Source: an uncultured Chloroflexia bacterium (GTDB lineage Bacteria > Chloroflexota > Limnocylindria > Limnocylindrales > CSP1-4). Taken from it: DNA of 64,000 bases. The stretch spans positions 224,001-288,000 of the forward strand of contig CAVPPB010000001.1 in NCBI GenBank assembly GCA_963707215.1, in the 5' to 3' direction. The notes beneath the pieces were generated by a model. That model made no database searches. It saw nothing but the letters and a program-made list of their open reading frames with translations, and was not told the origin of the DNA. Positions 10,579 through 23,323 of this stretch are shown here, one piece after another. Numbering within the stretch: position 1 is the stretch's first letter; each line of letters starts with the position of its first letter. Position numbers and translations under genes: made by a program.

Positions 10579-10710
10579 GGTTCCCTCCAGCGATCCCTGT
10601 CTCGCACCGGGTAGACGTCGCCCGTGCCCGGCGATGGTAGTCCAGTCGGGTCCCGCGGGGCTCGGCGACCGCGAGGTCGCTCCGACCTGCACCAGGCGGG
10701 TCGGGCCGGA

Positions 10711-11169
10711 TCAGTAGCCCAATGCGCTCCAGGCCGGCCCGCCGGGCCCCTCGATCAGCTCGACCAGGACGCCGTGGCAGCTCTTCGGATGGAGGAAGGC
10801 GACCGGGCCTTCAGCTCCCTTCCGTGGGGAGGTGTCGATCAGCTCGATGCCGTCGATCTCGAGGCGGAGCAGCGCCTCGGCGAGATTCGGGACCTCGAAG
10901 CAGATGTGGTGGAAGCCCTCGCCCCTGGCCTCGAGGAAGCGGGCCACCCCGGTCGTGTCGTCGGTCGGACGGACGAGCTCGATCTTGACCTCGCCGACGG
11001 GCAGGAAGGCGATGTCGACGCGGTCGGATGGGATCGGCATGACCGTCTCGAGCTCGAGACCCAGGGTCCGCTGCCAGAGCCCCAGGGCGGCCTCCATGTC
11101 AGCGACCACGACGGCGACATGATGGATCCGCCCGATCCGGCGGATCGACTCGGGTACGGCGGCGTTCAT
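10711..11169 (-). CDS. mce: Methylmalonyl-CoA epimerase
   Basis: IHHVAVVV, IELV, GEGFHHICFEV and FLHPKSCHGVLVELIE (VOC fold). Located in the mutase operon. Confidence 0.92.
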   Translation of the reverse strand: MNAAVPESIRRIGRIHHVAVVVADMEAALGLWQRTLGLELETVMPIPSDRVDIAFLPVGEVKIELVRPTDDTTGVARFLEARGEGFHHICFEVPNLAEALLRLEIDGIELIDTSPRKGAEGPVAFLHPKSCHGVLVELIEGPGGPAWSALGY

Positions 11170-11761
11170 GGGCGCGGGTCCCTCCACATCGACCACAGCA
11201 GCGGCAGTCCCGGGTCCGGCCGGACGGTCGCGGCGGCCCCGAAGCCGAGCCGCTCGTAGAAGGGCAGCGTACGCGGGTTCGAGGTCACCAGGTGGACCGG
11301 CATCGCCAGCCGGTCCGCCTCCGCGAGGCGGGGCTCCACGAGGGCCCGGCCGACTCCCCTGCCCTGCGCCCCGGGTCGGACGGCCACATAGACGCAGGTC
11401 CGATGCGCGACCGCAGGCACGGCCGCTTCGGTCGATGCGAGGGCCTCCATCGCCCGCGCGGCCCAGGGCCCTGCGGTCCGATCGATCACGGCCTGGAGCT
11501 CCACGTATTCGTCGGGCTCGGCGAAATCGTCGCCCTCGGCCCAGCAGGTGATGCCGAGTTCGTCGTCGGCCAGCCAGAACTCGCCGTGAGAGCGAAGCTG
11601 GCGGACGTCCAACGAGAACCATTCACCGGCCCCCGCCCGGTAGGCCTCCGGCCCCGGCCAGATGGCACGGAAGAACGGGTCGGCGACGAACGCCTCGACC
11701 AGGATGTCCACGAGCGTCCCCACGTCCGCAGCGGTCGCGGACCGGATCGCGGGCGCCGCCA

Positions 11762-11762
<1 letters not shown>
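11166..11762 (-). CDS. GNAT family N-acetyltransferase
   Basis: VAVRPGAQGRGVGRAL and N..FYERLGF motifs. Start and stop overlap the neighbouring genes. Confidence 0.85.
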
Positions 11763-13423
<1,661 letters not shown>

Positions 13424-13432
13424 GCGCGGAGC

Positions 13433-14062
13433 CTACTCGATGGCGACGAGGAGGTCGCCGACCTCGACCGTGACCCCGGGCCCGACATCGACCCGGGCGA
13501 CCGTGCCGGCCCGGGGGGACCGGAGCTCGTTCTGCATCTTCATCGCCTCGACGACCAGCATCGGCTGGCCGGCCGCGACTTCATCGCCGGGGGCGACGGC
13601 GACCGACACGACGCGGCCCGGGAAGACGGAACGGACCTCGGTCGGGCCGCCGTGTCCGGCCGCCTCGCCGGCCCGCCGGGCACGCTCGCGGAGCGTGGCC
13701 CGACGCTCGGGCTCCAACTCCACCTCGACCCTCCAGCCGTCGACCAGGACCTCCTGCCGGACGACGCCGTCCGGCCCGCCGATCGGCGGACCGATGAAGA
13801 CCACGTTGGCGGTCGAGGCGGGGGCTCCGGAGCGGCTGATCCTGGCCCGGTCGGGCCCCCTGGGCTCCAGCCCGACCTCGAGCCGTTCGCCATCGACGAG
13901 TACGGCGTGCGCCTCGTCAGGCGGTGCCTCGCCCCCCGCCGCTGAGGCGTCGAGCGGGGCGACGACGAGCGCTTCGACACCTGCGACGCGGCTGGCCGGA
14001 CCCGGTCCGACGCGGACCGCACGATCGGCGGCAGAGAGCCGCGCGGTGGTCAGCTCGGCCAT
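13433..14062 (-). CDS. Biotin carboxyl carrier protein of an acyl-CoA carboxylase
   Basis: EAMKMQNE biotinylation motif in a C-terminal biotinyl domain. Confidence 0.9.
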   Translation of the reverse strand: MAELTTARLSAADRAVRVGPGPASRVAGVEALVVAPLDASAAGGEAPPDEAHAVLVDGERLEVGLEPRGPDRARISRSGAPASTANVVFIGPPIGGPDGVVRQEVLVDGWRVEVELEPERRATLRERARRAGEAAGHGGPTEVRSVFPGRVVSVAVAPGDEVAAGQPMLVVEAMKMQNELRSPRAGTVARVDVGPGVTVEVGDLLVAIE

Positions 14063-15660
14063 CGGTCCCGCCCGGTCTCGAGGGCCGCCGCCCGCCAGGC
14101 AGACGGCCGGCGCCCGACCCCGTCCAGCCGGTCCCGGACCCTGGCCGCATCGGCGGGCTCCCCGGTGGCCGGACCCGAGCCACCCGCCCGACCGCGGGCG
14201 GTGCCGCCGACCAAGTGGTCCAGGGCCGCCGCCAGGAGGCCGGTCCGGACGGCCCGGGCCTGCTCGACCTCACCGTCCCAGCGCTGCCCTACGAAGTCGG
14301 TGGACAGGTCGCCGGCACGGAAGGCTGGATCGTCGGTCACGAACCGGTGGAACGGGACCGTCGTCTGGATCCCGCCGACCTCGACCTCGTCGAGGGACCG
14401 GCGGAGGCGTTCGATCGCGGCAGGTCGATCGGCGGCGTGGACCATGAGCTTGGCGATGAGGTTGTCGTACTCGGGGGGCACCAGGTCACCCGCCTCGATG
14501 GCCGTGTCGACACGGACTCCGGGTCCAGCGGGCATGACCCAGCGGCTCACCCGCCCGGGGGTCGGCACGAAGGCCCGGCCCGGATCCTCGGCGGCGATCC
14601 GCGCCTCGATGGCGTGGCTTGCGGGCTCCGCGGCGCGCGCCGCAGCCGATACCGCCGCGGTGGAGAGCGGCTCGCCGGCCGCCAGCCTGAATTGCTCCTG
14701 GACGATATCGAGTCCCGAGACGAGCTCGGTGACCCCGTGTTCCACCTGGAGGCGGGTGTTGACCTCCAGAAAGTAGAAGTCGCGGCTGCCGTCGTAGAGG
14801 AACTCGCAGGTTGCCGCGTTCTGGAGGCCCGCGGCCCTGGTCACCCTGACAGCAAGCTCGTGGAGGTGGCGCCGCTGTCCCCCCGTGAGGCCGGGAGCCG
14901 GTGCCTCCTCGATCAGCTTCTGGTGCCGCCGCTGGATCGAGCAGTCCCGCTCACCCAGCGCGACGACGGTGCCGAAGGCGTCCCCGAGGAGCTGGACCTC
15001 GATGTGCCGGGCGGGTTGGACCACCCGCTCGATATACACCGCACCGTCGCCGAACGCCGACGCGGCCTCGGCGGAGCCGGCAGCCAGGGCGGCCGGCAGG
15101 TCCTCGGGCCGCTCCACTCGCCGCATGCCCCGTCCCCCACCCCCGGCGGCTGCCTTGACCATCACCGGGAAGCCGATCTCGCGGGCGCGCTCGACGATGT
15201 CCTGGACCCTGTCGGGCCGATCGACGGCCACCGGCTCGAGAGTCCCGGGGACCGACGCGACTCCGGCCGCGGCAGCCGTCCGCCGTGCCGCCAGCTTGTC
15301 GCCGAGCGCTTCGATCGATGTCGACGGCGGGCCGACGAAGACGAGGCCGGCGTCCTCGCAGGCCCGGGCGAAGGCCGCCCGCTCGGCGAGGAACCCGTAG
15401 CCAGGGTGGACCGCCTGGGCGCCGGTCGCCAGAGCCGCGTCGACGATCCGGTCCATCCGAAGGTAGCTCTCGGTCGGCGGCGGAGGGCCGATCCGGACCG
15501 CCCGGTCGGCAAGGCGAACGTGACTCGACGCGACGTCTGCATCCGAGTAGACCGCGACCGACTCCATCCCGAGCTCCTGGCAGGCTCGGATGATCCGGAC
15601 GGCGATCTCGCCCCGGTTGGCGACGAGGACGCGTTCGAACGGACGACCTCGCTCCGTCAT
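14050..15660 (-). CDS. Biotin carboxylase subunit of an acetyl/propionyl-CoA carboxylase
   Basis: VANRGEIA, HPGYGFLAE, GGGGRGMR, RDCSIQRRHQK and LEVNTRLQVEH motifs. Confidence 0.95.
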   Translation of the reverse strand: MTERGRPFERVLVANRGEIAVRIIRACQELGMESVAVYSDADVASSHVRLADRAVRIGPPPPTESYLRMDRIVDAALATGAQAVHPGYGFLAERAAFARACEDAGLVFVGPPSTSIEALGDKLAARRTAAAAGVASVPGTLEPVAVDRPDRVQDIVERAREIGFPVMVKAAAGGGGRGMRRVERPEDLPAALAAGSAEAASAFGDGAVYIERVVQPARHIEVQLLGDAFGTVVALGERDCSIQRRHQKLIEEAPAPGLTGGQRRHLHELAVRVTRAAGLQNAATCEFLYDGSRDFYFLEVNTRLQVEHGVTELVSGLDIVQEQFRLAAGEPLSTAAVSAAARAAEPASHAIEARIAAEDPGRAFVPTPGRVSRWVMPAGPGVRVDTAIEAGDLVPPEYDNLIAKLMVHAADRPAAIERLRRSLDEVEVGGIQTTVPFHRFVTDDPAFRAGDLSTDFVGQRWDGEVEQARAVRTGLLAAALDHLVGGTARGRAGGSGPATGEPADAARVRDRLDGVGRRPSAWRAAALETGRDRWPS

Positions 15661-15688
15661 GCGCTTCTACGGCCGAGCAGATGAACGG

Positions 15689-15706
15689 CGTCTTTGCGCA
15701 AGGACG
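15689..15706. promoter_or_regulatory. 18-bp palindrome, copy 1 (CGTCTTTGCGCAAGGACG); candidate non-canonical parS or operator
   Basis: Near-perfect inverted repeat in the 63-bp intergenic gap. Matches the copies at 17326 and 18912. Confidence 0.6.
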
Positions 15707-15723
15707 GGCCGGGCCGAGGAGAG

Positions 15724-17281
<1,558 letters not shown>

Positions 17282-17323
17282 GAGCGCTCGCTCCTTTCAT
17301 CCGCGGGACCGCATCGGCCGAGC

Positions 17324-17345
17324 GCTGTCCTTGCGCAAGGACAGC
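17324..17345. promoter_or_regulatory. Perfect 22-bp palindrome, copy 2 (GCTGTCCTTGCGCAAGGACAGC); candidate non-canonical parS or operator
   Basis: Self-complementary over 22 bp, in the pccB-parA divergent intergenic region. Confidence 0.65.
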
Positions 17346-17455
17346 CGGCCGGCCAATCATAGCGGTCGGACCGACCGCTCCGACGACGCGACCCGGAAAG
17401 ACACGGCAAGGATGCTCGAGTGATCGGACGACGGTCGCCGTTCCCGATGGCGTCG

Positions 17456-17498
17456 TTATCCACAGGAATGGTGGATGAATCGCCCCCGCTGTGGATAA
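17456..17498. promoter_or_regulatory. DnaA box cluster
   Basis: Perfect TTATCCACA at 17456-17464, perfect reverse TGTGGATAA at 17490-17498, and a degenerate reverse box GGTGGATGA at 17470-17478. Confidence 0.8.
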
Positions 17499-17595
17499 CC
17501 GGCATGTCACGACGCCGAGGCTGGGGTAGGATGCCCGCACTCCGACCCTCGTTCCGCCCATCGATCCGAGCGAAGCCACCCCGAGGTTAGACCGA

Positions 17596-18369
17596 GTGAC
17601 CAACGTGATCGCCATCGCCAACCAGAAGGGTGGTGTCGGCAAGACGACGACGGCCATCAACCTGGCCGGCGCCCTTGCCGAGGAGGGCTACCGTGTGCTC
17701 TGCGTCGACATGGATCCGCAGGCCAACCTGTCGGCCGGTCTCGGCATCAACCTCAACATGGTCGAGCGCACGATGTCGGACGTCCTGTCCGACGATGGGA
17801 CCGACCTGAGGGAGATCGTGCTCCCGACGGAGACGGCGGGCATCGACATCGCCCCGGCGAACATCGACCTGGCATCAACGGAAGGCGAGCTGTTCACCAT
17901 GCTCGGCCGAGAGTCGATCCTCCGCGAGGCGATCGAGGGGCACGTCGACGACGCCTACGATTTCGTGCTGATCGATTGCCCACCGAACCTGGGGCTCCTG
18001 ACCGTCAACGGCCTGGTCGCAGCGGACAGCGTGATCATCCCCGTCCAGACGCAGTACTACGCCATGAAGGGCCTCAACAACCTGGTCAAGGTGATCAACA
18101 CGATCCGCCAGAAGTTGAACGGCGACCTGCGGATCCTCGGGCTCCTGCCGACCTTCTACGACGGCAGGACGAACCTGGCCCGCGACATGCTCGACGAGAT
18201 GCGTGTCGTCGGCGACCACCACGTCTTCGCGACGATCATCAAGACGACCGTCCGCCTCGGCGAGGCGCCGCTCGCCGGCCGACCGATCACGGTGTACGCA
18301 AGCTCGTCCGCAGCGGCTCGCGCCTACCGCGAGCTTGCGCAGGAGGTGGTGGGACTTGTCCAGGCCTGA
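17596..18369 (+). CDS. parA: ParA/Soj family partition ATPase
   Basis: [11 protein letters not shown] deviant Walker A, DMDPQANL and IDCPPNLG motifs. Confidence 0.95.
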   Translation: MTNVIAIANQKGGVGKTTTAINLAGALAEEGYRVLCVDMDPQANLSAGLGINLNMVERTMSDVLSDDGTDLREIVLPTETAGIDIAPANIDLASTEGELFTMLGRESILREAIEGHVDDAYDFVLIDCPPNLGLLTVNGLVAADSVIIPVQTQYYAMKGLNNLVKVINTIRQKLNGDLRILGLLPTFYDGRTNLARDMLDEMRVVGDHHVFATIIKTTVRLGEAPLAGRPITVYASSSAAARAYRELAQEVVGLVQA

Positions 18370-19357
18370 TTTCCGCGCGGTCGCCGCGCGCCGACTGTCC
18401 GAGGATCGCGAGCTCTCGCCGGCGATCGTCAGCCTGCTCTCCCCCGACGCGTCCGGACCGACGCAGGGTGTCCGGGTGATCCCGTTGGACCGGATCGAAC
18501 CGAACCCGGATCAGCCGCGCATCCAGTTCGACGAGGCAACGCTCGATGAGCTCGCGGCATCCATCCGCGAACATGGCGTGCTCCAGCCGATCCTCGTCCG
18601 TCCGACCGGCCCGAACCGCTACCAGCTCATCGCCGGCGAGCGTCGGTGGCGCGCGTCGCGGACGGCCGGGATGACGACGATCCCGGCGCTCATCGAGGAG
18701 ATCGACGACGACGCCGCCCTGGAGATCGCGATCATCGAGAACCTTCAGCGCGAGGACCTGTCGCCCCTGGACGAGGCGCTGATGTACGACCGGATGGTCA
18801 AGGACCACGGCTACTCGATCCGTCGACTCGCCCAGAAGCTCGGCAAGGACAAAGGCTATCTCGAGAACCGGCTCCGCCTGGCCGATGCCCCCGACGAGAT
18901 CAAGGAGTTGGTGTCCGTACGCAAAGACACGCTCTCGCACGCGTACGAACTCCTCAAGGTCCCGGACCCGAAGCGACGACGGCGGCTGGCAGGGCAGGTC
19001 GCCAGCGGGGAGCTGTCGCTGGTCAAGCTCCGTGAGCGGATCGAGGGCCGGCGCCCGCGGGTTCGCGCCGACGAGCCCGCCGCCGACACCTCGACCGAGG
19101 AGGCCCCCGAGGACCTGGCCGACGCTGCCTGGTCCGCTCGGTCGACGCCCATCCCGCTGAACGACGATTCGCTCGTCCAGGCCAAGCAGGAGCTCGCTGA
19201 TGCGGTCGAGGGTCTTGTCGGGGTGCTGCGCGAGCCGGAGGTCCTCGACTCGATCGGTTCGACCGATCGGGCCAACCTGGCCAAGTACCTGACGATCGCC
19301 AAGCTCCGGCTGGAGAACGTGATCGCCCTGGTCCGGAGCGGAGAGCCGCACGACTGA
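18356..19357 (+). CDS. parB: ParB/Spo0J family CTPase DNA-binding protein
   Basis: [24 protein letters not shown] (CTP-binding motif), [10 protein letters not shown] and an HTH. TTG start at 18356 follows AGGAGG and overlaps parA. Confidence 0.92.
   Translation: MSRPDFRAVAARRLSEDRELSPAIVSLLSPDASGPTQGVRVIPLDRIEPNPDQPRIQFDEATLDELAASIREHGVLQPILVRPTGPNRYQLIAGERRWRASRTAGMTTIPALIEEIDDDAALEIAIIENLQREDLSPLDEALMYDRMVKDHGYSIRRLAQKLGKDKGYLENRLRLADAPDEIKELVSVRKDTLSHAYELLKVPDPKRRRRLAGQVASGELSLVKLRERIEGRRPRVRADEPAADTSTEEAPEDLADAAWSARSTPIPLNDDSLVQAKQELADAVEGLVGVLREPEVLDSIGSTDRANLAKYLTIAKLRLENVIALVRSGEPHD
18911..18930. promoter_or_regulatory. Palindrome copy 3 inside parB (GTGTCCGTACGCAAAGACAC, encoding VSVRKDT)
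   Basis: Two mismatches to the consensus of copies 1 and 2. Uses AT-ending codons (GTA, AAA) that are rare in this window. Confidence 0.55.
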
Positions 19358-19498
19358 CCTGCTCCACGCCCCCGGCCGACGGATCGTCGATCGGGCGGGG
19401 CCACCCGAGACATGACGGAAGGGCCGGCGCCAAGCGCCGGCCCTTCCGCTGCGATGGAACCGAGCCGGGGAAGCGCGGCCCCGCGGCCCGGACGTTGG

Positions 19499-19957
19499 TT
19501 ACGGGTTCGGCTTCGGTGGCTTCTCGGGCTTCGGTGGCTTCTCGGGCTTCGGCATCCGGCCGTCGTTCTCGACCGCCTCGGGCGGGGCCGGAGCACCGAC
19601 CTCGACGAGTCCTCGAGCCACGGCCGAGACGTAGGCCCCGTGGTTTCGCCAGCCCTCGGGCGTGACGCCGCGGGCGGCCTCGGAGACCGTCGCCCCATGG
19701 GTTCCCTCGGCCTCCTCCGACTCCTCTTCCTCCTCGGGGTCCTTCACCTCCGGCTCTTCCATGTCGGCTGGCATCGCCAGATCGGCCAGGAGGCCCGGCG
19801 GGACGGTCTTGCCGGTCGCCGCCTCGGCCACGGCGAGGCCCGGGGCCCTGTCAAGTCCGGCGTGGGCGGCCCCGGGGAAGGGGCCAGCCGCCAGGGCCGC
19901 GCCGGCCGTCAGAGCCAGGACGGCGAGAGCGGTCAGGAGTCCGCGGGTGGATCGCAT
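19499..19957 (-). CDS. Secreted low-complexity protein with acidic stretch and KPEKPP repeats
   Basis: Signal peptide, Glu-rich segment, two HGA-x-VS motifs and a tandem 18-bp repeat at the C-terminus. Confidence 0.7.
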   Translation of the reverse strand: MRSTRGLLTALAVLALTAGAALAAGPFPGAAHAGLDRAPGLAVAEAATGKTVPPGLLADLAMPADMEEPEVKDPEEEEESEEAEGTHGATVSEAARGVTPEGWRNHGAYVSAVARGLVEVGAPAPPEAVENDGRMPKPEKPPKPEKPPKPNP

Positions 19958-20108
19958 GGGTGGTTCGTCTCCTCCGTGAGAGGGGGCAGGTCGCTCATGA
20001 TAGGGAACGACGGAAGCGACGCTCCGTTACGCCTCCAGAGGTCCCGACCACCCCACGACCATCGTCCGGCGGGTCGTATCGCGGCGACCACGCAGCGCCG
20101 GTCCGCCC

Positions 20109-20972
20109 CTACCCCACGCCGTCGACGAGCACCGCGAGGACCCAGCCCACGGCCACGACCCCGGCGCCGACGGCCTGTGCCTCCCAACCGAGCTGGCGAC
20201 GCGGAAGGCGTGCCGCCGGCCCGGGCCTGGAGAGGAAGAGACCCGCCAGGATGACGCCGCCTCCGCCGACCGCGATGGCCGTGCCCGTCGTGGATCCGTC
20301 GAGGATCGCCAGGGATCCCAGCGCGAGCCCGACGACCGCGGTCTGGAGTGCGGCCGTCGCCCACCACGTCCGCTGCCGACCCAGGCGAACGGCGGGGGTC
20401 GCCGTCCCTGATCGCCGATCCGGATCGACGTCGGCCAGCGGGTTGGCGAGGGCCAGCGCAGCCCCCTCGAGCGAGGCGACCGGGACGAGCACGATGAATG
20501 GCGCCGGTAGCGAGCCGGTCGCTCCGAGCCAGGCATAGACCGGGAGGAGCGGGATCGCGACCGCGTAGGGCGCCCATGCCCAGGCGGTGCCCTTGAGCGC
20601 CACGTCGTAGAGAAGCCCGGCGCCCGTCCCGACGATCGCGACGAGGAGGACCGCCGGCCCGAAGATCGACGACAGCACCAGCCCGATCGAGAGGCTGCCG
20701 ATGGCAACGACGAGCGCTGCATCGGGCCCGATCGCGCCCGCAGGGATCGGCTTGGTGGGCTGGTCGCGTGCGTCGCGCTCGGCATCGACGACGTCGTTCA
20801 CGGCACCGATCCCGAACTGGAGCCAGGTCATGGCGACCCCGAGGATCGTCGCCGCCAGGAGCCCACCACCAGCCACGAAGGCGATCGCTGCCGTCACCAG
20901 GCCATCCAGGATGGACGGGAAGGGATGGACGAGACGGGCCAGGCCCGCGAGCAGCCGACGCATCGCCGTCAC
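20109..20972 (-). CDS. UbiA family prenyltransferase
   Basis: NDVVDAERD...KPIPAG Asp-rich motif, YDVALK motif and multiple TM helices. Confidence 0.85.
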   Translation of the reverse strand: MTAMRRLLAGLARLVHPFPSILDGLVTAAIAFVAGGGLLAATILGVAMTWLQFGIGAVNDVVDAERDARDQPTKPIPAGAIGPDAALVVAIGSLSIGLVLSSIFGPAVLLVAIVGTGAGLLYDVALKGTAWAWAPYAVAIPLLPVYAWLGATGSLPAPFIVLVPVASLEGAALALANPLADVDPDRRSGTATPAVRLGRQRTWWATAALQTAVVGLALGSLAILDGSTTGTAIAVGGGGVILAGLFLSRPGPAARLPRRQLGWEAQAVGAGVVAVGWVLAVLVDGVG

Positions 20973-20987
20973 GACGCCGGCGTCGAT

Positions 20988-21353
20988 CTAGGCGAAGACG
21001 AAATCGTGGAAGTTGTCGACGAGGTGGTCGACGATCCGGTCGCGGGCATCGGGGTAGCGGCTCCGCAGGCCGGGGACCAGAGCGTAGAGCGTCGTCGCAG
21101 GCACGATCTGGTTGCCGTCGGCATCCCGACCGACCACCGCGGGCGGACCGCCGCCGGATGCGAACACCTGTTCGAATTCTGCCTCGCCGAGCCGCGTCGA
21201 CGCGCGGAACCGATCGAGCACCTGCACGATCCCCCGGCGGATCACCATGTCGCGGAGGAGCTCGGCTGCCCAGGCATCCAGTTGGGCGTCGTCCTGATCA
21301 CCGAGACGGCTGCGGTACTCGGTCGGGTCGGCGGCGAGACCGGTCGCTCCCAC
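20988..21353 (-). CDS. Hypothetical protein (121 aa)
   Basis: AGGAGG SD plus GTG start. Globular composition, co-oriented within a minus-strand run. Confidence 0.7.
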   Translation of the reverse strand: MGATGLAADPTEYRSRLGDQDDAQLDAWAAELLRDMVIRRGIVQVLDRFRASTRLGEAEFEQVFASGGGPPAVVGRDADGNQIVPATTLYALVPGLRSRYPDARDRIVDHLVDNFHDFVFA

Positions 21354-21425
21354 GGGTCCTCCTGGCGTCGGCTCACGGGTCGGAGGTCAGTATGCCAGAG
21401 CGCCGCAGCACCGAAGGGACGGCCC

Positions 21426-22325
21426 CTACGCAGTCCCGTCACACGGCCCGTGCGGCCCTTCGACCGGGGCTCCCGGCGCGAGCGGGCCGACGGCACCGGG
21501 CGTCCACTCAGGCCGGTCGCCTTCCGGCCAGTCGTTGAAGACCTCGGTCAGCCATCGACCGAAACGACCAGGTGGTGGTCGCCGGGGAGCGTCGCGGGTG
21601 AGCTCGAAGATCGCACACCAGAGCCGGGCCGTCAGGGCCTCCACGGCCTCGCGCGATGGGCGGCCCTCGGGCACGATCGGCACGCCGATGCGGAGCCGGA
21701 CGGTCCGACCGACACCGATCCAACTCGTCCCCACGAGCCCCACTGGAACGATCGGGACCTTCGCTCGCAGGGCGAAGTAGGCGGCGCCCTCCGAGAGCGG
21801 CAGGAGCTCGCCCTCACGAGCGTGGATCCGACCCTCGCCGAAGATCCCCAGCGAGGCCCCGGCGTCAAGGACGGCGGCAACGCGGCGGGTGGTGTCGAGG
21901 AGGTCGTCCTTGCCCGGCCGGAAGGGGACGGCGTTGCCGACCCAGCTCATGACCCGGTTCCGGGCTCCCACGTTCATGTCCTCCTCCTTCGGGCCGAACA
22001 GGTACATCCGAGGGCGCGGAGGCAGGCCGGCCATGAGGAAGACGGGGTCCGTCCAGTTCTGGTGGTTCGCGCAGACGAGGCAGGGGCCGGACGGGTAGCG
22101 TCCGCGCCCTTCTACGCGGAGGCGGACGATGACCCGGACGGCCAGCCAGACGAAGAGCCAGGTGGCCCAGTAGCGAAGCGTCCGGCGCCAGGGTGCGACC
22201 GGCGGGCCCGGCGGCCCAGAGCGCCCACGGCCTCCAGGTCGACGACCTCCAGCCGGAGGTTCCGGCGCTGGGGCCCGAGGATCCGGGGCTCGGTCCGTCG
22301 GCCGTTCCGGGGTCTCGTCGATCAT
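21426..22325 (-). CDS. Lysophospholipid acyltransferase (PlsC family)
   Basis: NHQNWTD (HX4D) and IFGEGR motifs. Confidence 0.88.
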   Translation of the reverse strand: MIDETPERPTDRAPDPRAPAPEPPAGGRRPGGRGRSGPPGPPVAPWRRTLRYWATWLFVWLAVRVIVRLRVEGRGRYPSGPCLVCANHQNWTDPVFLMAGLPPRPRMYLFGPKEEDMNVGARNRVMSWVGNAVPFRPGKDDLLDTTRRVAAVLDAGASLGIFGEGRIHAREGELLPLSEGAAYFALRAKVPIVPVGLVGTSWIGVGRTVRLRIGVPIVPEGRPSREAVEALTARLWCAIFELTRDAPRRPPPGRFGRWLTEVFNDWPEGDRPEWTPGAVGPLAPGAPVEGPHGPCDGTA

Positions 22326-22388
22326 GAGCCGATGATGCGCCGACCAGGCCTCTGCGGGAAGGGCTGATCGGGCGAACGGGGCACTCCC

Positions 22389-23090
22389 CTACCCCGCGAC
22401 TCCCAGCATGTCGATGACCCCCTCGTCAAGCCCGTCCAGCGAGTCCAGCACGAGCGAGGCGAGCACGCGCGCCCCGGGCGCCGGCGGAACGAGCGCCGAG
22501 GGCACGAGGACGACCCGCATGCCGGCGGCACGCGCGGCCCTGACCCCGTTGACCGAGTCCTCGACGACCAGGCACCGCGCGGCCTCTCGACCGAGGCGAT
22601 GGGCGGCCTCCAGGTAGACGTCCGGTGCCGGCTTCCCGTGGGCGACCTCGTCGGACGACACGACGACGTCGAAGGCCGGTCGCAGACCCAGTGCCTCGAG
22701 GGCGGCGTCGATCACGGCCGCGTGCGAGGACGACGCGAGGGCCAACGGATAGCGACCGCGGAGCCGCCGGACGGCCCGCACGGCCGGCTCGATCACCGGG
22801 ACAGGACGCGAGCGATAGCGGCCGACCACTCCCCCGATCACCTCGTCGACGATGGCATCGGGCGGCTCGCCCAGGACCAGACGCTCCGCCATGATCCGGG
22901 CCCAGCCGAGGCTGTTGGGACCCATGACCGCACGCTGATCCTCGGGGCCCCAGCGCAGCCCACGCCGGGCAGCGAAGTCGTCGCGGGACTCGTCCCACCA
23001 GGGCTCGGAGTCGACGAGGACGCCGTCGAGATCGAAGACGATCGCTTCGATGGGCGGCGGGGCGGCGCTGGGCCGCTCGACAGGTCGCAT
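22389..23090 (-). CDS. HAD family phosphatase
   Basis: FDLDGVLVDSE, GKPAPDVY and VEDSVNG motifs. Confidence 0.9.
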   Translation of the reverse strand: MRPVERPSAAPPPIEAIVFDLDGVLVDSEPWWDESRDDFAARRGLRWGPEDQRAVMGPNSLGWARIMAERLVLGEPPDAIVDEVIGGVVGRYRSRPVPVIEPAVRAVRRLRGRYPLALASSSHAAVIDAALEALGLRPAFDVVVSSDEVAHGKPAPDVYLEAAHRLGREAARCLVVEDSVNGVRAARAAGMRVVLVPSALVPPAPGARVLASLVLDSLDGLDEGVIDMLGVAG

Positions 23091-23323
23091 CGACTCCTCC
23101 CTTCGGCCGACGAGGCTAGCACGGGCACCGACGACGGCAGCCACAGGTCCGCGGGTCCCGCGATCCGGCACGACAGTGGGCGCGAGGGGCAGCCAGGGGC
23201 GGAACGCTCCACGGGCCCATGCGACATTCGGCCGATGCCCTGCCGCACGGGGTCGGCCATGCTTGGGAGGCACCGGCGCCCAGTCCCCCCCTGCCACGAG
23301 CGCCCATCTGCCCTGGAGGCACC

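Noticed and set aside
17346-17595. Calling this region oriC outright
   Set aside because: Only two perfect DnaA boxes, no evident AT-rich unwinding element, and no dnaA/dnaN. Kept only as a hypothesis.
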